A stretch of 33,121 bases of DNA from a virus (IMGVR_UViG_2874945390_000004); one strand, 5' to 3'. Numbered from the stretch's first letter, positions 8,966-18,492 are shown. Notes: generated by a model not told the origin, from the sequence alone. Numbers and translations: made by a program.

Positions 8966-9125
8966 GCCAACAAAATCGTATGATGAAGTATTGAGTGAAA
9001 AGCATTCTTTATATGCATTATTTTGCATGCAACATATGCTATACATTTTAGCTATGAATTGTCAGACGTGGCAGTACTTCTGTATGGTAATGCAACTGCA
9101 TTAAAACCGCCCCATGAAGCGGGCG

Positions 9126-9144
9126 GGCGAGGCGGGGAAAGCAC
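9126..9144. other. cos site (19-nt cohesive-end sequence GGCGAGGCGGGGAAAGCAC)
   Basis: Exact match to the P2 cohesive-end sequence as recalled, located upstream of the Q/P packaging genes as expected for P2. Confidence 0.75.
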
Positions 9145-9285
9145 TGCGCGCTGGCGGTGGTGCTGATTTTATTTTTTCAGCGTCTGAGCGCGTCGTGATG
9201 GCGTTTAGATTGTTCGCCGGGGCGTTGGCGTGTATGCGGGCTGTTTTGTGCGGTGGTGAGCGTGTGAGGGCGTGATGACGGGGTG

Positions 9286-9309
9286 TAAAAAAGCCGCCCG
9301 CAGGCGGCG
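9286..9309 (-). terminator. Rho-independent terminator downstream of Q
   Basis: On the minus strand, GC-rich stem GCCGCCTGCGGGCGGC followed by a T run, immediately 3' of the Q stop. Confidence 0.6.
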
Positions 9310-9313
9310 ATGT

Positions 9314-10348
9314 TCAGCCGTTGTCAGTGTCCAGTGAGTAGTTTTTAAAGCGGATGACCTCCTGACCGAGCCAGCCGTTTATCTCGCGGATCCTGTCCTG
9401 TAACGGGATAAGCTCATTGCGGACAAAGACCTTTGCCACTTTCTCAATATCACCCAGCGACCCGACGTTCTCCGGCTTGCCGCCCATCAACTGAAAGGGG
9501 ATGCGGTGCGCGTCCAGCAAGTCAGCGGCGCTGGCTTTTTTGATATTAAAAAAATCGTCCTTCGTTGCCACTTCACTGAGCGGGATAATTTTAATGCCGT
9601 CGGCTTTTCCCTGCGGGGCATAGAGAAACAGATTTTTAAAGTTGTTGCGGCCTTTCGACTTGACCATGTTTTCGCGAAGCATTTCGATATCGTTGCGATC
9701 CTGCACGGCATCAGTGACGTACATGATGTATCCGGCATGTGCGCCGTTTTCGTAATACTTGCGGCGGAACAGCGTGGCTGACTCATTCAGCCAGGCAGAA
9801 TTAAGGGCGCTGAGATATTCCGGCAGGCCGTACAGCTCCTGATTAATATCCGGCTCCAGCAGGTGAAACACGGAGCCGGGCGCGAAGGCTGTCGGCTCGT
9901 TGAAGGACGGCACCCACCAGTAAACATCCTCCTCCACACCACGGCGGGTATATTTTGCCGGTGAGGTTTCCAGTCTGATGACCTTACCGGTGGTGCTGTA
10001 ACGCTTTTCCAGAAACGCATTACCGAACACCAGAAAATCCAGCACAAAGCGGCTGAAATCCTGCTGGGAAAGCCACGGGTGCGGAATAAACGTTGAAGCC
10101 AGAATATTACGTTTGACGTAAATCGGTGAGCTGTGATGCACGGCAGCACGCAGGCTTTTTGCCAGACCGGTAAAGCTGACCGGTGGCTCATACCATCTGC
10201 CGTTACTGATGCACTCGACGTAATCCAGAATGTCACGGCGGTCGAGTACCGGCACCGGCTCACCAAAGGTGAATGCCTCCATTTTTGGGGCGCTGGCAGT
10301 CATTTTTTTTGCCGCAGGTTGCGGTGTTTTCCCTTTTTTCTTGCTCAT
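9314..10348 (-). CDS. Q: Portal protein Q (344 aa)
   Basis: 344-aa ORF as in P2 gpQ; start overlaps the P stop (TGATG on the minus strand). Confidence 0.95.
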   Translation of the reverse strand: MSKKKGKTPQPAAKKMTASAPKMEAFTFGEPVPVLDRRDILDYVECISNGRWYEPPVSFTGLAKSLRAAVHHSSPIYVKRNILASTFIPHPWLSQQDFSRFVLDFLVFGNAFLEKRYSTTGKVIRLETSPAKYTRRGVEEDVYWWVPSFNEPTAFAPGSVFHLLEPDINQELYGLPEYLSALNSAWLNESATLFRRKYYENGAHAGYIMYVTDAVQDRNDIEMLRENMVKSKGRNNFKNLFLYAPQGKADGIKIIPLSEVATKDDFFNIKKASAADLLDAHRIPFQLMGGKPENVGSLGDIEKVAKVFVRNELIPLQDRIREINGWLGQEVIRFKNYSLDTDNG

Positions 10349-12119
10349 CAGTAAAACTCCAGAATGGTGGATGTCAGCGGGGTGCTGATACCGGCGGTGA
10401 GTGGCTCATTTAACAGGGCGTGCATGGTCGCCCAGGCGAGGTCGGCGTGGCTGGCTTCCTCGCTGCGGCTGGCCTCATAGGTGGCGCTGCGTCCGCTGCT
10501 GGTCATGGTCTTGCGGATAGCCATAAACGAGCTGGTGATGTCGGTGGCGCTGACGTCATATTCCAGACAGCCACGACGGATAACGTCTTTTGCCTTGAGC
10601 ACCATTGCGGTTTTCATTTCCGGTGTGTAGCGGATATCGCGCGCGGCGGGATAGAACGAGCGCACGAGCTGGAACACGCCGACACCGAGGCCGGTGGCAT
10701 CAATACCGATGTATTCGACGTTGTATTTTTCGGTGAGTTTGCGGATGGATTCAGCCTGGGTGGCAAAGTCCATGCCTTTCCACTGGTGACGCTCAAGTAT
10801 TCTGAATTTGCCACCGGCCACCACCGGCGGTGCCAGCACCACGCATCCGGCACTGTCGCCACGGTGTGACGGGTCGTAACCAATCCAGACCGGGCGGGAG
10901 CCGAACGGATTCGCGGCAAACGGCGCATAGTCTTCCCATTCTTCCAGCGTGTCGACCATGCAGCGTTGCAGCTCCTCGAACGGGAATACCGACGCCTTGT
11001 CGTCAACAAATTCACACATGAACAGGTTTTTAAAATCGTCGGCGCTGTTTTCGCGTTTAAGCTGCTCAATGTCGAACAGCGTGCAGCCACCTTTCAGGGC
11101 GTCCTCAATGGTGACAATCTGCCGCCACTGGCCGTCCGCACAGAGAAGCCCACCGGCAAGGGCGTTATGACTGACGTCGATTTCCACGCGTTCGGCGGCG
11201 CTGGCGCGTCCCCGGTTGAACAGTTCACCCGACCAGAACGGATAGGCGTCGTGCGCCAGCGTGGACGGGGTGGAGAAATAGGTCGAGCGCAGGTGACTCT
11301 GTGAGGCCATACCTGATGCCACCTTACGCAGTACCTGAAAATTCGGGATCCAGAAAATCTCGTCGACGTACAGGTCACCGTTATGGCTCTGTGCGGTGTT
11401 GGAGTTGGTGCCGAGAAAAATCAGTTTTGCGCCGTTATTGCCCAGGACAATCGGGTCACCGGTCAGGTCAACGTCAACCAGCCGGGCAAAGGCGATGATG
11501 TATTCGCGGAACACATACGCCTGCGTTTTACTGGCCGACAGAAAAATCTGGTTATGACCGGTTTTCAGGGCGCGCAGCAGCGCCTCGCGGGAAAAATAAA
11601 ACGTTGCGCCAATCTGGCGGGATTTCAGGATATCGCGGATGCGGTGCTCAAGCCCGGCGCGATACCAGTGCAACTGATATTCGAAAGACTGCTCAAAGAA
11701 AATCTGCTCCAGCTTTTCGATGGCCTCGTCACTGAAAAAATTCTTTTTCGGTTTGCGACGCCCGCCTTTGTTGCGGTTAGCGACGTTCGGATTAAGGTCT
11801 GCCTCGTTGCCGGTCTGACTGTAACGGTTGACCCGTGCCAGTCGTTCAATCTGGCGTCCGAGCAGGTCAATTTCCTTGAAGTCACCGCCGGTTTTCTGCG
11901 GTTTGATGATGAGCTGGGTCAGCCGCGCTTCCAGACTCATTTCGACACGGCTGATGGGGCAACGCTGTCCCAGCCGTCGCGCTGTTTCCTGCTCTGCACC
12001 GTCGGGCGTTTCATCTGCAACATGGCGGCAATCTGCGGCACGGAAAACTCCTGCCAGTACAGCAGCGCCGCCTGACGACGCGGGTCGTGTAAAAGAGTGG
12101 TGTCTGTGGTGATGGTCAT
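10348..12119 (-). CDS. P: Terminase large (ATPase) subunit P, frameshifted as sequenced
   Basis: The N-terminal 53 codons (MTITTDTTLLHDPRRQAALLYWQEF...DSVAP, from ATG 12119) are in one frame and the remainder (ISRVEMSLEARLTQ... to 10348) in another. The frames join at about 11953..11960 (GCCCCATCAGCC), consistent with loss of a single base. Restoring it gives 590 aa, the P2 gpP length. Confidence 0.85.
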
Positions 12120-12185
12120 GAATACCTCGCCGTGATGAATACACGGCAAGGCTACTGAGTCGCGTCCCGCGATTCGCTAAGGTGC

Positions 12186-12205
12186 TGTTGTGTCAGTGAT
12201 AAGCC
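12186..12205 (+). promoter_or_regulatory. Candidate late-promoter activator (Ogr) site in the divergent P/O promoter region
   Basis: TGTTGTGTCAGTGATAAGCC shares a TGTTGT-N(10-12)-A(C/G)C pattern with elements upstream of V and FI; resembles the imperfect TGT-N12-ACA dyad of P2 late promoters. Confidence 0.35.
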
Positions 12206-12292
12206 ATCCGGGACTGATGGCGGAGGATGCGCATCGTCGGGAAACTGATGCCGACATGTGACTCCTCTAATCACTATTCAGGACTCCTGACA

Positions 12293-13147
12293 ATGGCAAA
12301 AAAAGCATCAAAATTCTTTCGTATCGGCGTTGAGGGTGACACCTGTGACGGGCGTGTCATCAGTGCGCAGGATATTCAGGAAATGGCCGAAACCTTTGAC
12401 CCGCGTGTCTATGGTTGCCGTATTAACCTGGAACATCTGCGCGGCATCCTGCCTGACGGTATTTTTAAGCGTTATGGCGATGTGATCGAACTGAAGGCCG
12501 AAAAGATTGACGATGATTCGGCGCTGAAAGGCAAATGGGCGCTGTTTGCGAAAATCACCCCGACCGATGACCTTATCGCGATGAACAAGGCCGCGCAGAA
12601 GGTCTATACCTCAATGGAAATTCAGCCGAACTTTGCCAACACCGGCAAGTGTTATCTGGTGGGGCTGGCCGTCACCGATGACCCGGCAAGCCTCGGCACG
12701 GAATACCTGGAATTTTGCCGCACGGCAAAACACAACCCCCTGAACCGCTTCAAATTAAGCCCTGAAAACCTGATTTCAGTGGCAACGCCGGTTGAGCTGG
12801 AATTTGAAGACCTGCCTGAAACCGTGTTCACCGCCCTGACCGAAAAGGTGAAATCCATTTTTGGCCGCAAACAGGCCAGCGATGACGCCCGTCTGAATGA
12901 CGTGCATGAAGCGGTGACCGCTGTCGCTGAGCATGTGCAGGAAAAACTGAGCGCCACTGAGCAGCGCCTTGCTGAGATGGAAACCGCCTTTTCCGCACTT
13001 AAGCAGGATGTGACTGACAGGGCGGATGAAACCAGTCAGGCATTCACCCGCCTGAAAAACAGTCTCGACCACACCGAAAGTCTGACCCAGCAGCGCCGCA
13101 GCAAAGCCACCGGCGGTGGCGGTGACGCCCTGATGACGAACTGCTGA
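12293..13147 (+). CDS. O: Capsid scaffolding protein O (284 aa)
   Basis: Start MAKKASKFFRIGVEGDTCDGRVISAQD; 284 aa as in P2 gpO. Confidence 0.9.
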   Translation: MAKKASKFFRIGVEGDTCDGRVISAQDIQEMAETFDPRVYGCRINLEHLRGILPDGIFKRYGDVIELKAEKIDDDSALKGKWALFAKITPTDDLIAMNKAAQKVYTSMEIQPNFANTGKCYLVGLAVTDDPASLGTEYLEFCRTAKHNPLNRFKLSPENLISVATPVELEFEDLPETVFTALTEKVKSIFGRKQASDDARLNDVHEAVTAVAEHVQEKLSATEQRLAEMETAFSALKQDVTDRADETSQAFTRLKNSLDHTESLTQQRRSKATGGGGDALMTNC

Positions 13148-13205
13148 CCGGCGTCAGTCAGTCCGGGAAAACCTTCACGATTAACCCTTAATTTCAGGAA
13201 AAACT

Positions 13206-14279
13206 ATGCGCCAGGAAACCCGCTTTAAATTTAATGCCTACCTGTCCCGTGTTGCCGAACTGAACGGCATCGACGCCGGTGATGTGTCGAAAAAATTCAC
13301 CGTTGAACCGTCGGTCACCCAGACCCTGATGAACACCATGCAGGAGTCCTCTGACTTTCTGACCCGCATCAACATTGTGCCGGTCAGCGAAATGAAAGGG
13401 GAAAAAATTGGTATTGGTGTCACCGGCTCCATCGCCAGCACCACCGACACCGCCGGTGGCACCGAGCGTCAGCCGAAGGACTTCTCGAAGCTGGCGTCAA
13501 ACAAGTACGAATGCGACCAGATTAACTTCGATTTTTATATCCGCTACAAAACGCTGGACCTGTGGGCGCGTTATCAGGATTTCCAGCTCCGTGTCCGTAA
13601 CGCCATTATCAAACGCCAGTCCCTTGATTTAATCATGGCCGGTTTTAACGGCGTGAGGCGTGCCGAAACCTCTGACCGCAGCAGTAACCAGATGCTGCAG
13701 GATGTGGCGGTCGGCTGGCTGCAGAAATACCGCAATGAAGCCCCGGCGCGCGTGATGAGCAAGGTTACTGACGAGGAAGGTCACACGACCTCTGAGGTCA
13801 TCCGCGTGGGTAAGGGCGGTGATTATGCCAGCCTCGATGCACTGGTGATGGATGCGACCAACAACCTGATTGAGCCGTGGTATCAGGAAGACCCTGACCT
13901 TGTGGTGATTGTGGGGCGTCAGCTGCTGGCGGACAAATATTTCCCCATCGTCAACAGGGAGCAGGACAACAGCGAAATGCTGGCCGCTGACGTCATCATC
14001 AGCCAGAAACGCATCGGTAACCTGCCGGCGGTACGCGTCCCGTACTTCCCGGCGGATGCGATGCTCATCACGAAGCTGGAAAACCTGTCCATCTACTACA
14101 TGGATGACAGCCATCGCCGCGTGATTGAGGAAAACCCGAAACTCGACCGCGTGGAGAACTACGAGTCAATGAACATTGATTACGTGGTGGAAGACTACGC
14201 CGCCGGTTGTCTGGTGGAAAAAATTAAGGTCGGTGATTTCTCCACACCGGCTAAAGCGACCGCAGAGCCGGGAGCGTAA
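13206..14279 (+). CDS. N: Major capsid protein N (357 aa)
   Basis: 357-aa ORF as in P2 gpN, in the conserved position after O. Confidence 0.95.
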   Translation: MRQETRFKFNAYLSRVAELNGIDAGDVSKKFTVEPSVTQTLMNTMQESSDFLTRINIVPVSEMKGEKIGIGVTGSIASTTDTAGGTERQPKDFSKLASNKYECDQINFDFYIRYKTLDLWARYQDFQLRVRNAIIKRQSLDLIMAGFNGVRRAETSDRSSNQMLQDVAVGWLQKYRNEAPARVMSKVTDEEGHTTSEVIRVGKGGDYASLDALVMDATNNLIEPWYQEDPDLVVIVGRQLLADKYFPIVNREQDNSEMLAADVIISQKRIGNLPAVRVPYFPADAMLITKLENLSIYYMDDSHRRVIEENPKLDRVENYESMNIDYVVEDYAAGCLVEKIKVGDFSTPAKATAEPGA

Positions 14280-14282
14280 CCG

Positions 14283-15026
14283 ATGACGAGTCCCGCACAG
14301 CGCCACATGATGCGGGTCTCGGCAGCGATGACCGCGCAGCGGGAAGCCGCCCCGCTGCGACATGCAACTGTCTATGAGCAGATGCTGGTTAAGCTCGCCG
14401 CAGACCAGCGCACACTGAAAGCGATTTATTCAAAAGAGCTTAAGGCCGCGAAAAAACGCGAACTGCTGCCGTTCTGGTTGCCGTGGGTGAACGGCGTGCT
14501 GGAGCAGGGCAAAGGTGCACAGGATGACATTCTGATGACGGTCATGCTGTGGCGTCTGGATACCGGCGATATTGCCGGTGCGCTGGAGATTGCCCGTTAT
14601 GCCCTGAAGTACGGTCTGACCATGCCGGGTAAACACCGCCGCACCCCGCCGTACATGTTCACCGAGGAGGTGGCGCTTGCGGCCATGCGCGCCCACGCTG
14701 CCGGTGAGTCTGTGGATACCCGCCTGCTGACGGAGACCCTTGCACTGACCGCCACGGCAGACATGCCTGATGAAGTGCGCGCAAAGCTGCACAAAATCAC
14801 CGGTCTGTTTCTGCGTGACGCTGGTGATGCCGCCGGTGCGCTGGCTCACCTGCAACGTGCGACACAGCTCGACTGTCAGGCAGGCGTCAAAAAAGAGATT
14901 GAACGACTGGAGCGGGAGCTGAAACCGAAGCCGGAGCCGCAGCCCAAAGCGGCCACCCGCGCCCTGCGTAAGACCCGGAGCGTGACACCGGCAAAACGTG
15001 GACGCCCGAAAAAGAAAGCCAGTTAA
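14283..15026 (+). CDS. M: Terminase small (endonuclease) subunit M (247 aa)
   Basis: 247-aa ORF as in P2 gpM; lysine/arginine-rich C-terminus. Confidence 0.9.
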   Translation: MTSPAQRHMMRVSAAMTAQREAAPLRHATVYEQMLVKLAADQRTLKAIYSKELKAAKKRELLPFWLPWVNGVLEQGKGAQDDILMTVMLWRLDTGDIAGALEIARYALKYGLTMPGKHRRTPPYMFTEEVALAAMRAHAAGESVDTRLLTETLALTATADMPDEVRAKLHKITGLFLRDAGDAAGALAHLQRATQLDCQAGVKKEIERLERELKPKPEPQPKAATRALRKTRSVTPAKRGRPKKKAS

Positions 15027-15125
15027 CAACCGAATGCGCCCCGCGCCAGGGCGGCACGCCGGTCAGTGAGGGTGAATCACCTGACACTGCACCGGCGTCC
15101 ACCGCCCGACTTTTCAGAGGTAGTC

Positions 15126-15635
15126 ATGATGACGCTGATTATTCCGCGAAAGGAGGCTCCCGTGTCCGGTGAGGGTACGGTGGTCATCCCGCAACCGGCA
15201 GGCGACGAGCCGGTGATTAAAAACACGTTCTTTTTTCCCGATATCGACCCGAAGCGCGTCCGGGAACGTATGCGCCTTGAGCAGACCGTCGCCCCCGCCC
15301 GTCTGCGTGAGGCCATCAAGTCAGGCATGGCGGAGACGAATGCGGAGCTGTACGAGTACCGCGAACAGAAAATTGCCGCCGGTTTTACGCGTCTGGCGGA
15401 AGTCCCGGCGGACGACATCGACGGTGAAAGCATCAAAGTTTTTTACTACGAGCGCGCCGTGTGTGCGATGGCGACCGCATCGCTTTATGAGCGTTATCGC
15501 GGCGTGGATGCCAGTGCCAAAGGCGACAAGAAGGCCGACAGCATTGACAGCACCATTGATGAGCTGTGGCGGGATATGCGCTGGGCAGTGGCGCGAATCC
15601 AGGACAAGCCGCGCTGCATTGTGAGTCAAATCTGA
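15126..15635 (+). CDS. L: Head completion/stabilisation protein L (169 aa)
   Basis: Start MMTLIIPRKEAPVSGEGTVVIPQP with a GAGG ribosome-binding site; 169 aa as in P2 gpL. Confidence 0.9.
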   Translation: MMTLIIPRKEAPVSGEGTVVIPQPAGDEPVIKNTFFFPDIDPKRVRERMRLEQTVAPARLREAIKSGMAETNAELYEYREQKIAAGFTRLAEVPADDIDGESIKVFYYERAVCAMATASLYERYRGVDASAKGDKKADSIDSTIDELWRDMRWAVARIQDKPRCIVSQI

Positions 15636-15838
15636 TGAAGACCTTTGCGCTACAGGGCGACACGCTCGACGCCATCTGTGTCCGGTATTACGGGCGCACT
15701 GAGGGCGTGGTCAAGGCCGTGCTCGCCGCAAATCCGGGACTGGCTGAACTGGGAGCGGTGCTGCCGCACGGCACCGCCGTCGAACTGCCCGACGTTCAGA
15801 CCGCGCCCGTGGCTGAAACTGTCAATCTGTGGGAGTAA
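15635..15838 (+). CDS. X: Tail protein X (LysM-like, 67 aa)
   Basis: Start overlaps the L stop (TGATG); MKTFALQGDTLDAICVRYYGRTEGV; 67 aa as in P2 gpX. Confidence 0.85.
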   Translation: MKTFALQGDTLDAICVRYYGRTEGVVKAVLAANPGLAELGAVLPHGTAVELPDVQTAPVAETVNLWE

Positions 15839-15841
15839 CGC

Positions 15842-16225
15842 ATGACAGCAGAAGAAAAAAGCGTCCTGTCGCTTTTCATGATTGGGGTGCTGATTGTTGT
15901 CGGCAAGGTGCTTGCCGGTGGTGAACCCATCACCCCGCGTCTGTTTATCGGGCGCATGTTGCTCGGTGGTTTTGTCTCGATGGTTGCCGGTGTTGTTCTG
16001 GTGCAGTTTCCTGACCTGTCACTGCCTGCGGTGTGCGGCATCGGCTCCATGCTGGGTATCGCCGGTTATCAGGTGATTGAGATTGCCATTCAGCGCCGCT
16101 TTAAGGGCAGGGGAAACAGTAATGCCGGTAATCAACACGCATCAGAATATCGCTGCCTTTCTCGACATGCTGGCCGTGTCCGAAGGGACGGCGAATCATC
16201 CGCTGACGAAAAACCGTGGCTATGA
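15842..16225 (+). CDS. Y: Holin Y, with an apparent C-terminal extension from a 1-nt deletion (127 aa as sequenced; 93 aa expected)
   Basis: Matches P2 gpY up to ...IQRRFKGRG. An A run at 16114..16116 appears one base short, so the frame misses the TAATG stop/start junction with K at 16120..16124 and reads on to 16225. Confidence 0.8.
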   Translation: MTAEEKSVLSLFMIGVLIVVGKVLAGGEPITPRLFIGRMLLGGFVSMVAGVVLVQFPDLSLPAVCGIGSMLGIAGYQVIEIAIQRRFKGRGNSNAGNQHASEYRCLSRHAGRVRRDGESSADEKPWL

Positions 16226-16619
16226 CGTGATAGTCACCGGACTGGACGGGAAGTCGGAAATTTTCACCGACTACAGTGACCACCCGTTCGCGCATGGCCG
16301 ACCGGCGAAGGTGTTTAACCGTCGCGGTGAAAAAACAACGGCCTCCGGTCGCTATCAGCAGCTTTACCTGTTCTGGCCGCATTACCGCAAACAGCTTGCC
16401 CTGCCGGATTTCAGTCCGTTGTCACAGGACAGACTCGCCATTCAGTTGATCCGCGAACGCGGTGCACTGGATGACATCCGGGCGGGACGCATTGAGCGCG
16501 CCATTTCACGCTGTCGCAATATCTGGGCGTCCCTGCCGGGTGCCGGTTACGGTCAGCGTGAGCATTCACTGGAAAAACTGGTCACCGTCTGGCGTACCGC
16601 CGGCGGCGTACCGGCTTAA
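16122..16619 (+). CDS. K: Endolysin K (lysozyme, 165 aa)
   Basis: Start MPVINTHQNIAAFLDMLAVSEGT; 165 aa as in P2 gpK. Confidence 0.9.
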   Translation: MPVINTHQNIAAFLDMLAVSEGTANHPLTKNRGYDVIVTGLDGKSEIFTDYSDHPFAHGRPAKVFNRRGEKTTASGRYQQLYLFWPHYRKQLALPDFSPLSQDRLAIQLIRERGALDDIRAGRIERAISRCRNIWASLPGAGYGQREHSLEKLVTVWRTAGGVPA

Positions 16620-16633
16620 ACGGAGTAAACACC

Positions 16634-17059
16634 ATGAAGAAATTATCCCTTTCACTGATGCTGAACGTGTCGCTGGCGCTGATGCTGGCACTGTCACTGA
16701 TTTACCCGCAGAGCGTGGCCGTCAGTTTTGTCGCTGCCTGGGCGATTCTGGCGACGGTTATCTGTGTGGTTGCCGGTGGTGTCGGCGTGTATGCCACTGA
16801 GTATGTGCTGGAACGCTACGGGCGGGAGCTGCCGCCGGAATCGCTGGCCGTGAAGATTGTCACGTCGCTGTTTTTGCAGCCGGTGCCGTGGCGCAGGCGG
16901 GCAGCGGCTCTGGTGGTGATGGTGGCGACATTTATCTCGCTGGTCGCTGCCGGGTGGATTTTTACTGCGCTGATTTACCTCGTGGCGTCGCTGTTCTTCC
17001 GGCTGATACGTACGGCCTGCCGTCAGCGTTTTGAGGGGCGGGAACCATGTCAAAGCTGA
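16634..17059 (+). CDS. lysA: LysA lysis-timing membrane protein (141 aa)
   Basis: Multi-pass hydrophobic 141-aa ORF in the P2 lysA position with a GGAG ribosome-binding site. Confidence 0.8.
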   Translation: MKKLSLSLMLNVSLALMLALSLIYPQSVAVSFVAAWAILATVICVVAGGVGVYATEYVLERYGRELPPESLAVKIVTSLFLQPVPWRRRAAALVVMVATFISLVAAGWIFTALIYLVASLFFRLIRTACRQRFEGREPCQS

Positions 17060-17472
17060 TGACTGTGCTGGTTGTGTTGTTATCACTGGCGGTGGCGGGG
17101 CTGTTTCTGGTGAAGCATGAAAATGCCAGCCTGCGCACCTCACTGGACAGGGCGAACAGCGTCGCCAGCGGGCAGCAGACGACCATCACCATGCTGAAAA
17201 ATCAGCTTCATGTTGCCCTCACCAGGGCAGACAAAAACGAGCTGGCGCAGGTGGCACTGCGTCAGGAACTGGAAAACGCCGCGAAGCGTGAAGCTCAGCG
17301 CGAGAAAACCATCACGAGATTACTCAATGAAAACGAAGATTTCCGCCGCTGGTACGGTGCTGACCTGCCTGATGTTGTGCGCCGGTTGCACCAGCGTCCG
17401 GCCTGCACCGACGCCAGTGATTGTCGCCAACGCCTGCCCGAAAGTGAGTCTTTGCCCGATGCCGGGCAGTGA
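17047..17472 (+). CDS. lysB: LysB, Rz-like inner-membrane spanin (141 aa)
   Basis: N-terminal transmembrane helix followed by a charged coiled-coil-like region; P2 lysB position and size. Confidence 0.8.
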   Translation: MSKLMTVLVVLLSLAVAGLFLVKHENASLRTSLDRANSVASGQQTTITMLKNQLHVALTRADKNELAQVALRQELENAAKREAQREKTITRLLNENEDFRRWYGADLPDVVRRLHQRPACTDASDCRQRLPESESLPDAGQ

Positions 17473-17617
17473 CCCGCAGACGAACGGCGATTTAAGTGCC
17501 GATATCCGGCAGCTTGAGAACGCGCTGGCACGCTGTGCCAGCCAGGTAAAAATGATTAAACACTGTCAGGATGAAAACGATGCTCAAACCCGACAGCCTG
17601 CGCAGGGCGCTGACTGA
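17327..17617 (+). CDS. lysC: LysC, Rz1-like outer-membrane lipoprotein spanin (96 aa), embedded in the +1 frame of lysB
   Basis: ORF in an alternative frame within lysB that runs into R; lipobox LCAGC after a signal peptide (MKTKISAAGTVLTCLMLCAGC); 96 aa as in P2 LysC. Confidence 0.7.
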   Translation: MKTKISAAGTVLTCLMLCAGCTSVRPAPTPVIVANACPKVSLCPMPGSDPQTNGDLSADIRQLENALARCASQVKMIKHCQDENDAQTRQPAQGAD

Positions 17618-18047
17618 TGCCGTCACGGTGCTGAAAACCAGTCCAGAGATGCTGCGGATATTCGTGGATAACGGGAGTATTGCCTCCACACTGGCGACGT
17701 CGTTGTCATTCGAAAAGCGTTACACGCTCAATGTGATTGTGACCGACTTTACCGGTGATTTTGACCTGCTCATCGTGCCGGTGCTGGCGTGGCTGCGGGA
17801 AAATCAGCCCGACATCATGACCACCGACGAAGGCCAGAAAAAGGGCTTCACGTTTTATGCAGACATCAACAATGACAGCAGCTTTGATATCAGTATCAGC
17901 CTGATGCTGACCGAGCGCACGCTGGTCAGTGAGGTGGACGGCGCGCTGCATGTGAAGAATATCCCGGAACCTCCGCCGCCGGAGCCGGTCACCCGCCCGA
18001 TGGAGCTGTATATCAATGGCGAACTCGTGAGTAAGTGGGATGAATGA
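17580..18047 (+). CDS. R: Tail completion protein R (155 aa)
   Basis: MLKPDSLRRALTDAVTVLK...; 155 aa as in P2 gpR. An alternative in-frame ATG lies at 17571. Confidence 0.85.
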   Translation: MLKPDSLRRALTDAVTVLKTSPEMLRIFVDNGSIASTLATSLSFEKRYTLNVIVTDFTGDFDLLIVPVLAWLRENQPDIMTTDEGQKKGFTFYADINNDSSFDISISLMLTERTLVSEVDGALHVKNIPEPPPPEPVTRPMELYINGELVSKWDE

Positions 18048-18492
18048 GTTTAAGCGTTTTGAAGACCGGCTGACCGGACTGATTGAGTCGCTGTCACCGT
18101 CAGGGCGTCGGCGACTGAGTGCCGAACTGGCGAAACGTCTGCGGCAGAGTCAGCAGCGTCGGGTGATGGCACAGAAAGCCCCGGATGGCACACCCTATGC
18201 GCCACGCCAGCAGCAGAGCGCCAGAAAAAAGACCGGTCGCGTTAAGCGAAAAATGTTTGCGAAACTTATCACCAGTCGTTTTTTGCATATCCGCGCCAGC
18301 CCGGAACAGGCATCAATGGAATTTTACGGCGGGAAGTCACCGAAAATCGCCAGCGTGCATCAGTTTGGTCTGTCGGAAGAAACCCGGAAAGACGGTAAGA
18401 AAATTGATTATCCGGCGCGTCCTCTGCTCGGCTTTACCGGTGAGGATGTGCAGATGATTGAAGAGATTATCCTGGCTCACCTCGACCGTTAG
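18040..18492 (+). CDS. S: Tail completion protein S (150 aa)
   Basis: 150-aa ORF overlapping the R stop; P2 gpS size and position. Confidence 0.85.
   Translation: MNEFKRFEDRLTGLIESLSPSGRRRLSAELAKRLRQSQQRRVMAQKAPDGTPYAPRQQQSARKKTGRVKRKMFAKLITSRFLHIRASPEQASMEFYGGKSPKIASVHQFGLSEETRKDGKKIDYPARPLLGFTGEDVQMIEEIILAHLDR

Noticed and set aside
8966-9125. AT-rich stretch with short palindromes (for example TGCATGCA) before cos
   Set aside because: Likely part of the terminase recognition region around cos or plain spacer; no ORF, sRNA-like terminator or repeat array to support a separate feature.
9487-11498. Numerous 60-160-aa ORFs on both strands overlapping Q and P
   Set aside because: Arginine/proline/alanine-rich translations typical of out-of-frame or antisense reading of GC-rich coding DNA; all are embedded in well-supported structural genes.
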